The position numbers were made by a program, and so were the translations under genes. From an uncultured Pelagibacteraceae bacterium (GTDB lineage Bacteria; Pseudomonadota; Alphaproteobacteria; Pelagibacterales; Pelagibacteraceae), in the NCBI GenBank assembly GCA_902626725.1, contig CACOGI010000004.1:3481-67480 (forward strand): a stretch of 64,000 bases of DNA, in the 5' to 3' direction. Under the pieces are notes generated by a model. It worked only from the letters and a program-made list of their open reading frames with translations. It did not search any database and was not told where the DNA came from. Position 1 is the stretch's first letter. Every line of letters begins with the position of its first letter. Below are positions 37,530 through 47,706 of this stretch, in pieces.

Positions 37530-39266
37530 TTAAAAGAAGCCTAATTTTTTCTCACTATAAGACACGTGTAAATTTTTCACTTGTCTATAATGATTTAGCA
37601 TCATTTTATGAGTTTCTCTTCCGATACCAGATTGTTTGTATCCGCCAAATGCCGCATGTGCTGGATAAGCATGGTAGCAGTTTGTCCAAACTCTTCCTGC
37701 TTCAATAGCTCTACCCATTCTGTATGCGATATTTCCATTTCTTGTCCAAACACCTGCACCTAAACCGTAAAGAGTATCATTAGCAATTTTTAATGCCTCT
37801 GCTTCATCTTTAAATTTAGTTACTGATACAACTGGTCCAAAAATTTCTTCCTGGAAGATCCTCATTGAATTATTACCCTCGAAAATAGTTGGTTCGATAT
37901 AGTTTCCTTTTTCTAAACCACTATTAACTTTTGCAACATTTCCACCACATAGAACTTTGGCACCTTCTTTCTTACCTAAATCTAAATAAGATTTGATTTT
38001 TTCCATTTGTTCTACTGATGCTTGAGCACCAATCATAGTTTCCATTTTTAGAGGATTGTCTTGTTTAACAGCTTTTGTTCTAGCAATTGCTCTTTCCATG
38101 AACTTATCATAGATAGATTCTTGAACTAGTACTCTACTTGGACAAGTACAAACTTCACCTTGGTTAAGCGTAAACATTGCAAAACCTTCTAAACATTTAT
38201 CAAAGAAGTCATCATCTTGTGCCATGACGTCTTCAAAGAAAATATTAGGAGATTTTCCACCAAGCTCTAAAGTAATTGGAATTAAGTTTTGAGATGCATA
38301 TTGCATAATCAAACGACCAGTTGTTGTTTCACCTGTGAAAGCAATCTTTTTGATTCTCTTAGATGAAGCTAATGGTTTACCTGCTTCTAAACCAAAACCA
38401 CTTACAACGTTAACAACTCCTGGAGGTAATAAATCACCAATCATTTCCATTAATAACATTATAGAAGCCGGAGTTTGTTCAGCTGGTTTTAGAACAACAC
38501 AGTTACCTGCAGCTAATGCTGGAGCAAGTTTCCAAGTTGCCATTAGAAGTGGGAAATTCCAAGGTATAATTTGACCAACTACACCTAGAGGTTCTGGAAT
38601 ATGATAAGAATATTCATTATTACTTATCTCAGCAACAGATCCTTCTTCAGCTCTGATTACACCTGCAAAATATCTCCAATGGTCAACCACTAAAGGTAAA
38701 TCTGCAGCCATACATTCTCTAATTGGCTTTCCATTATCTAAACACTCTGCTGTAGCTAGTGTATTTAGATTTTTTTCAATAACATCAGCAATTTTTAGAA
38801 GAATGTTAGATCTTTCAGTTATTGAAGTTTTTCCCCAAGCTGGAAAAGCTGCATGAGCAGCATCTAATGCTGCATCAACATCTTTTGCATCTGATCTTGC
38901 TATTTTACAAATTACCTCGTTGTTTATCGGTGTAACATTGTCAAAATATTTTCCAGACTTTGGTTCAACAAATTTCCCGTTTATAAAATTTCCATATTTT
39001 GATTTATATGGAAACGGGACTTTTAAGTGAGACGTATCCAGTAAAGGAGACGAAGCACTTTTTATTGTTTCTGTACTCATTTTCTTTACCCCTCTTTTAG
39101 TTTTTATTGATTTGAGTTTATTGTTTTTTCTAGACTTTTTAGAACGCTTATTAGTCGCAGAACTTTTTGTTCTAACTTTTATTTTCGTTCTTTTTTTTCT
39201 AGAAGATTTGACCAACTTTTTTCTTTTTTTGGTCTTCGGCTTTTTTTTTGACTTTTTTCTAGCCAT
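37530..39266 (-). CDS. aldB: Acetaldehyde dehydrogenase (AldB/ExaC type). Core starts at ATG 39080; in-frame Lys/Arg-rich extension from ATG 39266
   Basis: [55 protein letters not shown]. True start uncertain. Confidence 0.88.
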   Translation of the reverse strand: MARKKSKKKPKTKKRKKLVKSSRKKRTKIKVRTKSSATNKRSKKSRKNNKLKSIKTKRGVKKMSTETIKSASSPLLDTSHLKVPFPYKSKYGNFINGKFVEPKSGKYFDNVTPINNEVICKIARSDAKDVDAALDAAHAAFPAWGKTSITERSNILLKIADVIEKNLNTLATAECLDNGKPIRECMAADLPLVVDHWRYFAGVIRAEEGSVAEISNNEYSYHIPEPLGVVGQIIPWNFPLLMATWKLAPALAAGNCVVLKPAEQTPASIMLLMEMIGDLLPPGVVNVVSGFGLEAGKPLASSKRIKKIAFTGETTTGRLIMQYASQNLIPITLELGGKSPNIFFEDVMAQDDDFFDKCLEGFAMFTLNQGEVCTCPSRVLVQESIYDKFMERAIARTKAVKQDNPLKMETMIGAQASVEQMEKIKSYLDLGKKEGAKVLCGGNVAKVNSGLEKGNYIEPTIFEGNNSMRIFQEEIFGPVVSVTKFKDEAEALKIANDTLYGLGAGVWTRNGNIAYRMGRAIEAGRVWTNCYHAYPAHAAFGGYKQSGIGRETHKMMLNHYRQVKNLHVSYSEKKLGFF

Positions 39267-39382
39267 AAACCTATTAAACAAACATTTGAGGTCTGTGTCT
39301 ATTTCAATAAATTTAATTTTCTACTACCAATTGTATGAATACTATATCTTGTGCTAAAGCAAAAAGTCATTAATATTTTTTT

Positions 39383-39628
39383 ATGAATGAAAATCAAAAA
39401 AAAGAAATCCAATCAGCAACTTTTGAGAGATTACTTAAACATTTAGATGAAAGAAAAGATGTTCAAAATATTGATTTAATGAATTTAGCAAATTTTTGTA
39501 GAAATTGTTTATCTCGATGGTTTAGGGAGGAAGCTGAAAAGAAAGGTATTCATATCTCAGATCCAGAAGCGAGAGAGCGTATATATGGAATGCCTTACTC
39601 TGAGTGGAAAGAAAAATATCAAAAATAA
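39383..39628 (+). CDS. DUF1244 family protein
   Basis: DVQNIDLMNLANFCRNCLSRW, IYGMPYSEWK. Confidence 0.88.
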   Translation: MNENQKKEIQSATFERLLKHLDERKDVQNIDLMNLANFCRNCLSRWFREEAEKKGIHISDPEARERIYGMPYSEWKEKYQK

Positions 39629-40342
39629 TTAAATTAATTTAATTAAATCATTGTACTCAATAATATTCATTAATTTTTTATGATTATGAAAATATTCTTC
39701 AAAGTTTAATTTCGAAAAATTTTCTTTTGGATATTCCAATAAATTTTGATTTTTTCGTTTAAAAATTACACCAATACCAAAATCTGCATAACATGTATAT
39801 ACATCTAAATTTTCGTCTGTTCTACATTCAACAAGAGCTTTCCAAACATCACCATTCCAAGTCCATTGACACCTGGGTATAGCTTGGTCATAATAATTAT
39901 TTGGTAAACAATCGTGCAACAAAATTATTCCATCATTGTTTAAAAAGGTTAATGAATTTTGTATGTCTTTCTTTACTTGGCTATATTTGTGTAAACCATC
40001 AATAAAAATACAATCAAAGTTTTCATTATTTGTTTTAAAAAAATTATCACTTGTATCTCTAATTGTTCCTCCAGATACCGGATCTACTCCTACTTTTTTT
40101 TTACAATTTATATAATTAAATAATTCATTATCAAAACAGCCAATTTCAAGATAATTCTCATATTTTTTTTTACTAATTATTTCTTGAACTATTGATAGTC
40201 TTGTCTTTTTATTGTTAAAATCGAACCCAATACTCCCTAATTTTTTATCTTTAAAAAACTTATGATAATAGAAAAATAATCTCAAAACTTTTTTACTATT
40301 AATTAGTCGTATAAGCTTTTTTCTAATTAATTTTTGAATCAT
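39629..40342 (-). CDS. Class I SAM-dependent methyltransferase (Methyltransf_24-like)
   Basis: YLEIG, GVDP, SDNFF, FIDGLH, ILLHDC, WNGDVWK. Confidence 0.8.
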   Translation of the reverse strand: MIQKLIRKKLIRLINSKKVLRLFFYYHKFFKDKKLGSIGFDFNNKKTRLSIVQEIISKKKYENYLEIGCFDNELFNYINCKKKVGVDPVSGGTIRDTSDNFFKTNNENFDCIFIDGLHKYSQVKKDIQNSLTFLNNDGIILLHDCLPNNYYDQAIPRCQWTWNGDVWKALVECRTDENLDVYTCYADFGIGVIFKRKNQNLLEYPKENFSKLNFEEYFHNHKKLMNIIEYNDLIKLI

Positions 40343-40351
40343 GATTAAAGC

Positions 40352-40852
40352 TTATTTTTCTTTTAATCTTGGAAATAATTCTACAAAATTACAAGGTTTG
40401 TGATTAATATCAAGTTGATGTTTAAGTATTTCGTCCCATGCATCCGTTACGCCACCAGATGAACCTGGTAATGAAAAAACGTACTTACCATTCGACAATA
40501 CTGCACAAGCTCTTGATTGAATAGCTGATGTTCCTACAGTTTTTAAACTGATATTCCTAAAAACCTCCCCAAACCCAGGAATGTGTTTATCAGCTATTTC
40601 ATCTAACGCCTCTGGAGTAATATCTCTACCTGTTAATCCAGTTCCGCCAGTAGTTATGATCACATCAATATTTTTTTGATCTAACCATTTTTTTAAAATA
40701 AGTAGTATTTCATCTTTATTATCTTTACAGATTTTTCTATCTATCAAGTTATGATTAGCTTCTTTAATTTTATTAACTAGAATTCCACCAGATTTATCAT
40801 TATCAAATGTTCTGGTATCTGTTACAGTTAGAAGTGCTATATTTACTCTCAT
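40352..40852 (-). CDS. moaB: Molybdenum cofactor biosynthesis protein B / molybdopterin adenylyltransferase
   Basis: DKSG, TTGGTG..RDITPEA, PGFGE, SRA, LPGS, PCNF. Confidence 0.9.
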   Translation of the reverse strand: MRVNIALLTVTDTRTFDNDKSGGILVNKIKEANHNLIDRKICKDNKDEILLILKKWLDQKNIDVIITTGGTGLTGRDITPEALDEIADKHIPGFGEVFRNISLKTVGTSAIQSRACAVLSNGKYVFSLPGSSGGVTDAWDEILKHQLDINHKPCNFVELFPRLKEK

Positions 40853-40863
40853 AAAATTCTGAT

Positions 40864-41607
40864 ATGACTATATTATCAATATTATTTTTTATAACAGCTA
40901 TTTTATACTCGAGTGTTGGTTTCGGTGGAGGCTCAACTTATTTGGCACTTTTGCTAATTTGGGGTACTCCTTATTATATTTTTCCAATAATAGCACTAGT
41001 TTGTAATATTATTGTTGTTTCAGGTAATTCATTTAATTACATCCGTGCGGGAAATCACAATTTTAAGTTATTAACTCCTTTTTTAATTGGATCAGTTCCC
41101 TTTGCATTTTTTGGTGGAACTTTATTAATAGAAAAAGAAATCTTTGAAATTTTATTATTTTTTGTCTTATCTAGCGCAGGTATATTATTGCTTTTAAATA
41201 ATAGGTCTTATGAAAAAGCCAGCTTTTCTTCTAAGAAATTAAATTTTATTTTTTCTTTTTTAATAGGCTCAATCCTTGGTTTAATATCTGGTGTTGTGGG
41301 TATAGGAGGAGGTATTTTTTTAAGTCCAATACTTTTTTTAATTAAAGCTGATGAGCCTAAAAATATATCAACTCATGCTTCAGTATTTATATTAATCAAT
41401 TCAATTTCTGGGGTTATGGGTCAACTAACAAAAGAAACATTGTTAAATGAAATTATAAATTACTGGCCCCTTTTTATTTGCGTACTGCTAGGAGGTTTCA
41501 TAGGCAATTATTTAAATCTAAAAATTTTTAGTGGAAGATTGCTAGCTATCACTACTTCATTGCTAGTAATATTTGTTGCTATTAGAATGGGTTTTAAAAT
41601 ATTCTAA
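40864..41607 (+). CDS. TauE/SafE (TSUP) family sulfite exporter-like membrane protein
   Basis: Repeated VGFGGG / VGIGGGIFLSP motifs, multi-TM. Confidence 0.82.
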   Translation: MTILSILFFITAILYSSVGFGGGSTYLALLLIWGTPYYIFPIIALVCNIIVVSGNSFNYIRAGNHNFKLLTPFLIGSVPFAFFGGTLLIEKEIFEILLFFVLSSAGILLLLNNRSYEKASFSSKKLNFIFSFLIGSILGLISGVVGIGGGIFLSPILFLIKADEPKNISTHASVFILINSISGVMGQLTKETLLNEIINYWPLFICVLLGGFIGNYLNLKIFSGRLLAITTSLLVIFVAIRMGFKIF

Positions 41608-41630
41608 TATATTGTAATTAATTAACACAA

Positions 41631-42539
41631 ATGGATTTAAATTTTTTCAAAAAAACTAGAATTTTAGATGGAGGAATGGGTCAAGAATTATTAGCTAGAG
41701 GGATGAAGCCCAATGGAACCTTATGGAGTGCTGGAGCTTTACTAGAAGAAGACAACCGTTCTCTTGTAGAAAATGTTCATGAAGATTTTGTTAAGGCAGG
41801 AGCAGATGTAATTATTACCAACACTTTTACAACACGCAGAGTAAGACTTAGAGAAAATAATATCGAGGATAAATTTGAAACATTAAACAAGTTAGCAGGA
41901 GAAATAGCAAAAAGAGTTAAAAAAAAATATCCACATATTTTAATTGCTGGTGGCTTGCCACCTCAAAATACAACTTATTCAGCAGACACAAGAGATGAAA
42001 GTGAAATTTTAAATAATTTTAATGATCAAGCAAAAATTTTAGATCCATTTGTTGATTTTTTTTATTTTGATGTTCTTAGTAGTGTTAAAGAAATTGGTAT
42101 AGCTATTAATTCAATCAAAGAATTTAATAAACCTTTTTTAATTGGTGCACATATATCTGAAGGAACAAGCCTACCAAGTGGTGAAAAATTATCTGATATT
42201 ATAAAAAATATTAATAGTCAAAATCTTCTTGGTTTAATTTTAGCTTGTGTCTCTCCTGAAAATTTTCAAAGAAATATTGAAGACATAAAAAAAATTAATT
42301 GCCCATTTGGTTTTAAACTAAACGCATTTGAAAGAACAAAAACTACTGGAGGATACACAAATAATTTTAAAAAAAGTAGTTCAGGAAATCCAAATGAATT
42401 TCTAGGTGTTCGTAAAGATTTAACACCTAGAAAAATGAGTGAATTTGCAAAAAAATTCAGAGATGCTGGGGCTACAATATTGGGCGGTTGTTGCGAAACA
42501 AGGCCAGCTCATATAAAAGAGATATCTAAACTAGTTTAA
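41631..42539 (+). CDS. Homocysteine S-methyltransferase family protein
   Basis: LDGGMGQEL, H..F..AGADVI.TNT, GGCC zinc ligands. Confidence 0.88.
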   Translation: MDLNFFKKTRILDGGMGQELLARGMKPNGTLWSAGALLEEDNRSLVENVHEDFVKAGADVIITNTFTTRRVRLRENNIEDKFETLNKLAGEIAKRVKKKYPHILIAGGLPPQNTTYSADTRDESEILNNFNDQAKILDPFVDFFYFDVLSSVKEIGIAINSIKEFNKPFLIGAHISEGTSLPSGEKLSDIIKNINSQNLLGLILACVSPENFQRNIEDIKKINCPFGFKLNAFERTKTTGGYTNNFKKSSSGNPNEFLGVRKDLTPRKMSEFAKKFRDAGATILGGCCETRPAHIKEISKLV

Positions 42540-42567
42540 GTATTTAAAGATTTATTGAAAATTAATA

Positions 42568-43467
42568 ATGGAAAATATTACTGTTGTAATTTTAACTTAT
42601 AAAACTCCTAAGAACATTATTTTAGATTGTTTAAAATCAATTAATAAAAATATAAAAATTCTAATTATTGAAAATTCAGAAAAATTTATTAATTCAGAGA
42701 TAATAATGTCCGAATTTAACAATGTGAAAATAATTTGTACCGGTAAAAATTTAGGCTACGGTGGTGGTAATAATTTTGGTATTAAAGAAGTTAAAACTGA
42801 TTACATATTAATTTTAAATCCTGATGTAATTTGTGATAAAAATCTTTTTTTTAATATATCTAAAGTCATAAAAGAAACTAAAGATTTTTCAATTATAGGC
42901 TGTCAATATTTATATGATAAAAATTTTATGCCTGCAGGTTTTTTTGCTAAGAAAGCAAATAAAGAATTTGTTATCAATTTTAAAAATAATAATATTAGTG
43001 ATCTAACAGAAGTTGATTGGGTTACAGGATGCTCTTTACTAATTAATCTAAAAAAATTTGAAAATAAGAAAATATTTGATGAAAATTTTTTCTTATATTT
43101 TGAGGAGTTCGATCTTTGCAAATCTTTAAAAAAGAGAGGTGAAAAAATCTATAGTTCGAAAAAACTAAAGATCCATCACCTAGGTTTGAAGAGTTCTATA
43201 GATGAAAATTCTACAAATATAAAAAGTATAAATAGATTGAGAGAATGGCATTGGATGTGGTCTACCTTTTACTTTTATAGAAAAAATTTCAGTTATTTTT
43301 ATGCCTTAAGTAAAGTTGGAGGCAAATTTTTAAAAGCTTTCTTCAAATTAATATTTTATTCATTAACACTTAATAAAGATGAAAAAGAAAAATATAAATA
43401 CAGATTTTTAGGTATTCTCAATGGGATATTAAAAAAACCCTCAAGCTTTAGAGATAATAACAATTAA
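42568..43467 (+). CDS. Glycosyltransferase family 2
   Basis: NLGYGGGNN, LNPD, WVTGC, FDENFFLYFEEFDLC. Confidence 0.88.
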   Translation: MENITVVILTYKTPKNIILDCLKSINKNIKILIIENSEKFINSEIIMSEFNNVKIICTGKNLGYGGGNNFGIKEVKTDYILILNPDVICDKNLFFNISKVIKETKDFSIIGCQYLYDKNFMPAGFFAKKANKEFVINFKNNNISDLTEVDWVTGCSLLINLKKFENKKIFDENFFLYFEEFDLCKSLKKRGEKIYSSKKLKIHHLGLKSSIDENSTNIKSINRLREWHWMWSTFYFYRKNFSYFYALSKVGGKFLKAFFKLIFYSLTLNKDEKEKYKYRFLGILNGILKKPSSFRDNNN

Positions 43468-43471
43468 TCAT

Positions 43472-44344
43472 TTATTTAGCTTTCTTTACAAAATAAATAC
43501 CAATAACAACTGCAATAAGTGAAATTAAAACTTTAAAAGTAATTATTTCTTTTAAAAATATATAACTTAAAATTGTTCCAAATATTGGTATCAAATAAGA
43601 AACTTGTGATTGAAAAATTAATCCATTGTTAACCAATATTTTAAACCTTAAAAGCCATGCAATACCTGTTGAAACAAACCCTAAGTAAATTACTGAAATA
43701 GTTGAGTCTAATCTCGGATTTAAATTCCATGGTTGTTCGACAAAACTCACTAAAGGAATAAGAATGATGGTGGCCCAAATTAAAATAGAGCCAGTAACAT
43801 TTTCATTTTTCTTTTTACTTATTTTAAGAGTTAAAACTCCTCCGATAACATAACAAGTCGAACCTAGTAAAATTAATAATGCAGATGAAAAATTATTTTC
43901 ATCTATAAGTAAATTATCTGAAAATAAAAAAACAATACCTGAAAATCCAATTAATATTCCTATAGTTTTAATAAAATTAAATTTTTCATTTTTAGTATAA
44001 AAATGACCAAGAATTGTAGAGCTTAGTGGAGTTGTTGACATTAAAATTGCTGCTAAATTACTTTGAACTGATTTAACTCCATATGCAATTAAGAAAAAAG
44101 GTGCTACCAAATTTATAAAACCAATAATAGCAAACCAATGCCAATCTTTTGAAAATGCTTCAATCTTGATATTTTTAAAATAACAAAGTAATAAAACTGG
44201 TATTGCTCCAAAAAAAACTCTTAAAAAAGCAATTGTTATTGGTCCAAAAGAATATGTTGCTATTTTAATATTAAAAAAAGCTGAGGCCCAAATTAATGCT
44301 AAAATTGTAAGCAACAAATAATCAAATAATTTTGGTTGTTTCAT
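43472..44344 (-). CDS. DMT/EamA family transporter
   Basis: Ten-TM EamA duplication pattern (IWASAF..IK, YLIP). Confidence 0.85.
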   Translation of the reverse strand: MKQPKLFDYLLLTILALIWASAFFNIKIATYSFGPITIAFLRVFFGAIPVLLLCYFKNIKIEAFSKDWHWFAIIGFINLVAPFFLIAYGVKSVQSNLAAILMSTTPLSSTILGHFYTKNEKFNFIKTIGILIGFSGIVFLFSDNLLIDENNFSSALLILLGSTCYVIGGVLTLKISKKKNENVTGSILIWATIILIPLVSFVEQPWNLNPRLDSTISVIYLGFVSTGIAWLLRFKILVNNGLIFQSQVSYLIPIFGTILSYIFLKEIITFKVLISLIAVVIGIYFVKKAK

Positions 44345-44820
44345 TCTGTAATATCTTTAACAGTTCCATTTGTTATTTTTTGTAAATTCTCAAAGTTTAT
44401 TTTAAAAACACAATTAGGGTGTCCTGCTGCAGCATATAAATTATTAAATCTCTCAAGGCTGTTATCTATAAATATAGATATTTTTTTTAGATGACCAACT
44501 GGTGAAACACCACCAATAGTGTATCCGGTAATATCTTTGACCTCATCTGCTGAAGCCATTGTGGCATCTTTAATATTTAAATTTTTTTTGATCTTATTTA
44601 ATGAAGCTTTTTTGTCTCCAGCAACTAAATATAAAGTAAAAGTATTTTCTGTCTTAAAAAGTAAGCTTTTAACTATAGCTCCAACCTCGCAACCTAAAGA
44701 TGAAGCAGCCTCTACTGCCGTTCTTGCAGAACTATCCAAAATAATGACACTTAGTTTTGGATCAAATTGTTTAAGTGAATTTTCAGCTCTTTTTACGGGT
44801 TCTTTCTCTAATAAAGTCAT
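44341..44820 (-). CDS. YbaK/EbsC family aminoacyl-tRNA deacylase-like protein
   Basis: IVKSLLF, TGYTIGGVSPVG, AAAG. Confidence 0.88.
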   Translation of the reverse strand: MTLLEKEPVKRAENSLKQFDPKLSVIILDSSARTAVEAASSLGCEVGAIVKSLLFKTENTFTLYLVAGDKKASLNKIKKNLNIKDATMASADEVKDITGYTIGGVSPVGHLKKISIFIDNSLERFNNLYAAAGHPNCVFKINFENLQKITNGTVKDITE

Positions 44821-44960
44821 TATTCAACTTTTAATTGTTAGTTTTTTTTCAAATAAACATTACACTTATGTAAAAAATGCATAGGTGATATTAAGTAAAA
44901 GAGCATTATCTATCAGTCTTTTTTTGGTATTACAACTGTCAGATTTATATAGGAGAGAAT

Positions 44961-46367
44961 ATGAGCGTTAGTGATGTTTTAAAATTTATAAAAGATAAAG
45001 AAGCAGAATTTGTTGATCTTAGATTTACAGATCCAAGAGGAAAACTTCAACATTTAACAATGGATGTAACAGCCGTTGATGAAGGAATGTTAAATGATGG
45101 AGTTTTTTTTGATGGATCGTCAATCGCTGGTTGGAAAGCAATTAATGAATCTGATATGATTTTAAAACCTGACTCGTCAAGATTTTTCCTTGATCCCTTT
45201 ACGTCTCACAACACTGTAGTTTTGTTTTGTGATATCTTTGATGCAATCAAGAAAACTCCATATGAAAGAGATCCTAGGGGTGTAGCAAAAAAAGCAGAGG
45301 AATATTTAAAAGCTTCTGGAATAGGTGATAAAGCCTTTTTCGGTCCAGAGCCAGAGTTTTTTGTATTCGATGACGTAAGAATTAAAAACGATATGAATGA
45401 ATGTGGATTTAAAATAGACAGTAAAGAAGGTCCATATAATTCTGGTAAAGAATATGAAAATGGAAATATGGGTCATCGGCCACCTATTAAAGGTGGATAT
45501 TTTCCAGTACCTCCAGTTGATAGTGAGCAAGATATGAGAGGAGAATATTTAAAAAATTTGAAAGAAGTTGGTATTAAGGTTGAAAAACATCATCATGAAG
45601 TAGCACCAAGTCAACACGAACTAGGAATGTATTTTGGAACATTGGTTAACCAGGCAGATAATGTTCAATTGTATAAATACGTAGTTCAAATGGTAACACA
45701 CTCTTTTGGAAAAACTGCTACATTTATGCCAAAACCTGTTGCAGGTGATAATGGATCAGGTATGCATATTCACCAATCTATTTGGAAAGGTGATACTCCA
45801 GTTTTTTCAGGCGACGCATACGCAGGTTTATCTGAGACAGCACTACATTATATTGGTGGAATTTTAAAACATGCCAAAGCTATAAATGCATTTGCTAACT
45901 CAACAACTAATAGTTATAAAAGATTAATACCAGGATTTGAAGCTCCGGTTTTATTGGCTTATTCTGCAAGAAATAGATCTGCTTCATGTCGAATTCCAAT
46001 TACTTTAAGTAAAAAAGGTGCAAGATGTGAAATAAGATTTCCTGATGCATCTGGAAATCCTTACTTAACATTTGCGGCAATGTTAATGGCTGGCCTAGAT
46101 GGAATAAAAAACAAAATACACCCAGGTGAGTCTTTTGATAAAGATCTTTACGAATTGCCACCAGAGGAAGTAAAATCTATACCAACTGTGTGTGGTTCTT
46201 TAAGAGAAGCTATGGAAAGTTTAGATAAGGATAGAGAGTTTTTAACTCAGGGTGGAGTGTTTACCGATGATCAGATCGATGCTTACATTGCTTTAAAATT
46301 TGAGGAAATTCACAAGTTTGAACATGCACCTCATCCTGTAGAATTCGAGATGTATTACAGTAGTTAA
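44961..46367 (+). CDS. glnA: Glutamine synthetase type I
   Basis: [52 protein letters not shown]. Confidence 0.98.
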   Translation: MSVSDVLKFIKDKEAEFVDLRFTDPRGKLQHLTMDVTAVDEGMLNDGVFFDGSSIAGWKAINESDMILKPDSSRFFLDPFTSHNTVVLFCDIFDAIKKTPYERDPRGVAKKAEEYLKASGIGDKAFFGPEPEFFVFDDVRIKNDMNECGFKIDSKEGPYNSGKEYENGNMGHRPPIKGGYFPVPPVDSEQDMRGEYLKNLKEVGIKVEKHHHEVAPSQHELGMYFGTLVNQADNVQLYKYVVQMVTHSFGKTATFMPKPVAGDNGSGMHIHQSIWKGDTPVFSGDAYAGLSETALHYIGGILKHAKAINAFANSTTNSYKRLIPGFEAPVLLAYSARNRSASCRIPITLSKKGARCEIRFPDASGNPYLTFAAMLMAGLDGIKNKIHPGESFDKDLYELPPEEVKSIPTVCGSLREAMESLDKDREFLTQGGVFTDDQIDAYIALKFEEIHKFEHAPHPVEFEMYYSS

Positions 46368-46538
46368 TTACTGTCTTGTTGAAGCAACTGTATCTTTGTT
46401 AACACCTTTTTTAACAACGTAATCCTGCGTACCATTAGCACCAGTTTCAACTTCTTTACGTAGGTTCTTAAAAAAAGACTTTTCTTTTAAAGAATCTTTT
46501 AAGTCTTTAACAAGATTTTTAAATTCAAATTTATTCAT
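46368..46538 (-). CDS. Small hypothetical protein (56 aa), missing from ORF track
   Basis: ATG...TAA: MNKFEFKNLVKDLKDSLKEKSFFKNLRKEVETGANGTQDYVVKKGVNKDTVASTRQ. Stop abuts the glnA stop exactly. Uses CGT, GGT, AAC and TAC codons typical of well-expressed genes. Confidence 0.7.
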   Translation of the reverse strand: MNKFEFKNLVKDLKDSLKEKSFFKNLRKEVETGANGTQDYVVKKGVNKDTVASTRQ

Positions 46539-46557
46539 AAGAGAATCATATACTAGT

Positions 46558-46603
46558 TATGCGTTTAATGCAATACTGCTATGCAACTTATGGGATACTC
46601 ATA
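46558..46603. promoter_or_regulatory. Overlapping dyad elements (LysR-type T-N11-A boxes) upstream of the 56-aa ORF
   Basis: TATGC-N7-GCAAT (46558-46574), TGCAATACTGCTATGCA (46569-46585), TATG-N7-CATA (46589-46603). Confidence 0.45.
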
Positions 46604-46604
46604 T

Positions 46605-46940
46605 CTAGTCTATTTTAAACGACTCCCCACATCCACATCTCTCCGTTTCATTGGGGTTATTGAATACAAAAGTAGATGAAAAATCCTCTTTTTTATAGTC
46701 CATTTCAGTGCCTAATAAATACATTACAGCAGCTGAGTCTATAAAAACTTTTACTCCTTTGTCTTCGATTACTTCATCATTCGGATTAGTTTCTCTAGAA
46801 TATTCCATCACATAAGACATTCCAGCACAGCCACCAGATTTTACAGAAACTCTAACACCTAAAGCGTCTTTCTCTGCACTAGACATAATTTCTTTAATTC
46901 TATTAGCAGCGTTATCACTAAGTTTAATTATAGGGTTCAT
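46605..46940 (-). CDS. sufA: A-type Fe-S carrier (HesB/IscA/SufA)
   Basis: GGCAGMSY, NPNETERCGCGESF. Confidence 0.92.
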   Translation of the reverse strand: MNPIIKLSDNAANRIKEIMSSAEKDALGVRVSVKSGGCAGMSYVMEYSRETNPNDEVIEDKGVKVFIDSAAVMYLLGTEMDYKKEDFSSTFVFNNPNETERCGCGESFKID

Positions 46941-47236
46941 TGTAAATTCAACTCCAATTTAGCTGCATCGGACATCATATCTTTCGTCCAAGGTGGGTCC
47001 CAAACTAACTCAAGATCAACATCGTCAATTTCTTCAACTTGCATTGCACCTTCTTTTACCTCTTTAGGTAAACTTTCTGCTACTGGACAGTTAGGTGTGG
47101 TTAATGTCATTTTAATTTCAGCTTTTCTTCCTTTAACTTGAATATCATAAATCAAACCAAGCTCATAAATATTTACAGGCAATTCAGGATCATAAATTTT
47201 TCTGATTTCCTCTATAATTTTATTTTTTACATCCAT
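46937..47236 (-). CDS. sufT: SUF Fe-S assembly protein (DUF59/SufT)
   Basis: DPELPVNIYELGLIY, MTLTTPNCP, WDPPW. Confidence 0.9.
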   Translation of the reverse strand: MDVKNKIIEEIRKIYDPELPVNIYELGLIYDIQVKGRKAEIKMTLTTPNCPVAESLPKEVKEGAMQVEEIDDVDLELVWDPPWTKDMMSDAAKLELNLQ

Positions 47237-47241
47237 AATTT

Positions 47242-47706
47242 TTAATCCTCTGTACTAACTTGTTTTCCATCATTTTCCATTGCTGAAACCAGTGTATGCC
47301 AAGATAAAGTAGCACATTTAACTCTCATTGGGTATTGTTTAACACCTGAAAGACACATTAATTTTGTTTTATCATCCTCTTTTAAAATCTTATTTTTTAA
47401 TTCAGGATTTTCCTTAATCATACCTAAAAAATCCTCAATAATTTCTTTTGCCTCATTATCACTTTTGCCCTTAATTAAATCTGTCATAATTGAAGCTGAT
47501 GCCATTGATATTGCACATCCGCTTCCTTCAAACGAAATATCTTCTACTTTCCTTTGATCATTTAATTTCAAATATACATGTACATTATCTCCACATAATG
47601 GATTATTGCCTTTTGCATCTTTATTAAAATTTTTAGTTTTTCCCAAATTTCTTGGATTCTTTCCATGCTCTAAGATTATTTCTTGATATAATTCTTTTAA
47701 ATTCAT
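47242..47706 (-). CDS. sufU: SUF-system NifU-family protein SufU
   Basis: LYQEIILEH, NPLCGD, GCAISMASAS, RVKCATL. Confidence 0.9.
   Translation of the reverse strand: MNLKELYQEIILEHGKNPRNLGKTKNFNKDAKGNNPLCGDNVHVYLKLNDQRKVEDISFEGSGCAISMASASIMTDLIKGKSDNEAKEIIEDFLGMIKENPELKNKILKEDDKTKLMCLSGVKQYPMRVKCATLSWHTLVSAMENDGKQVSTED

Noticed and set aside
39112-39357. 81-aa Phe/Leu-rich apparent membrane ORF on plus strand
   Set aside because: It mirrors the A-rich Lys codons of the aldB leader and has a TTG start with no SD.
41608-41630. SAM-V/SAM-II riboswitch before the homocysteine methyltransferase
   Set aside because: Only 23 bp of AT-rich spacer with no recognisable aptamer.
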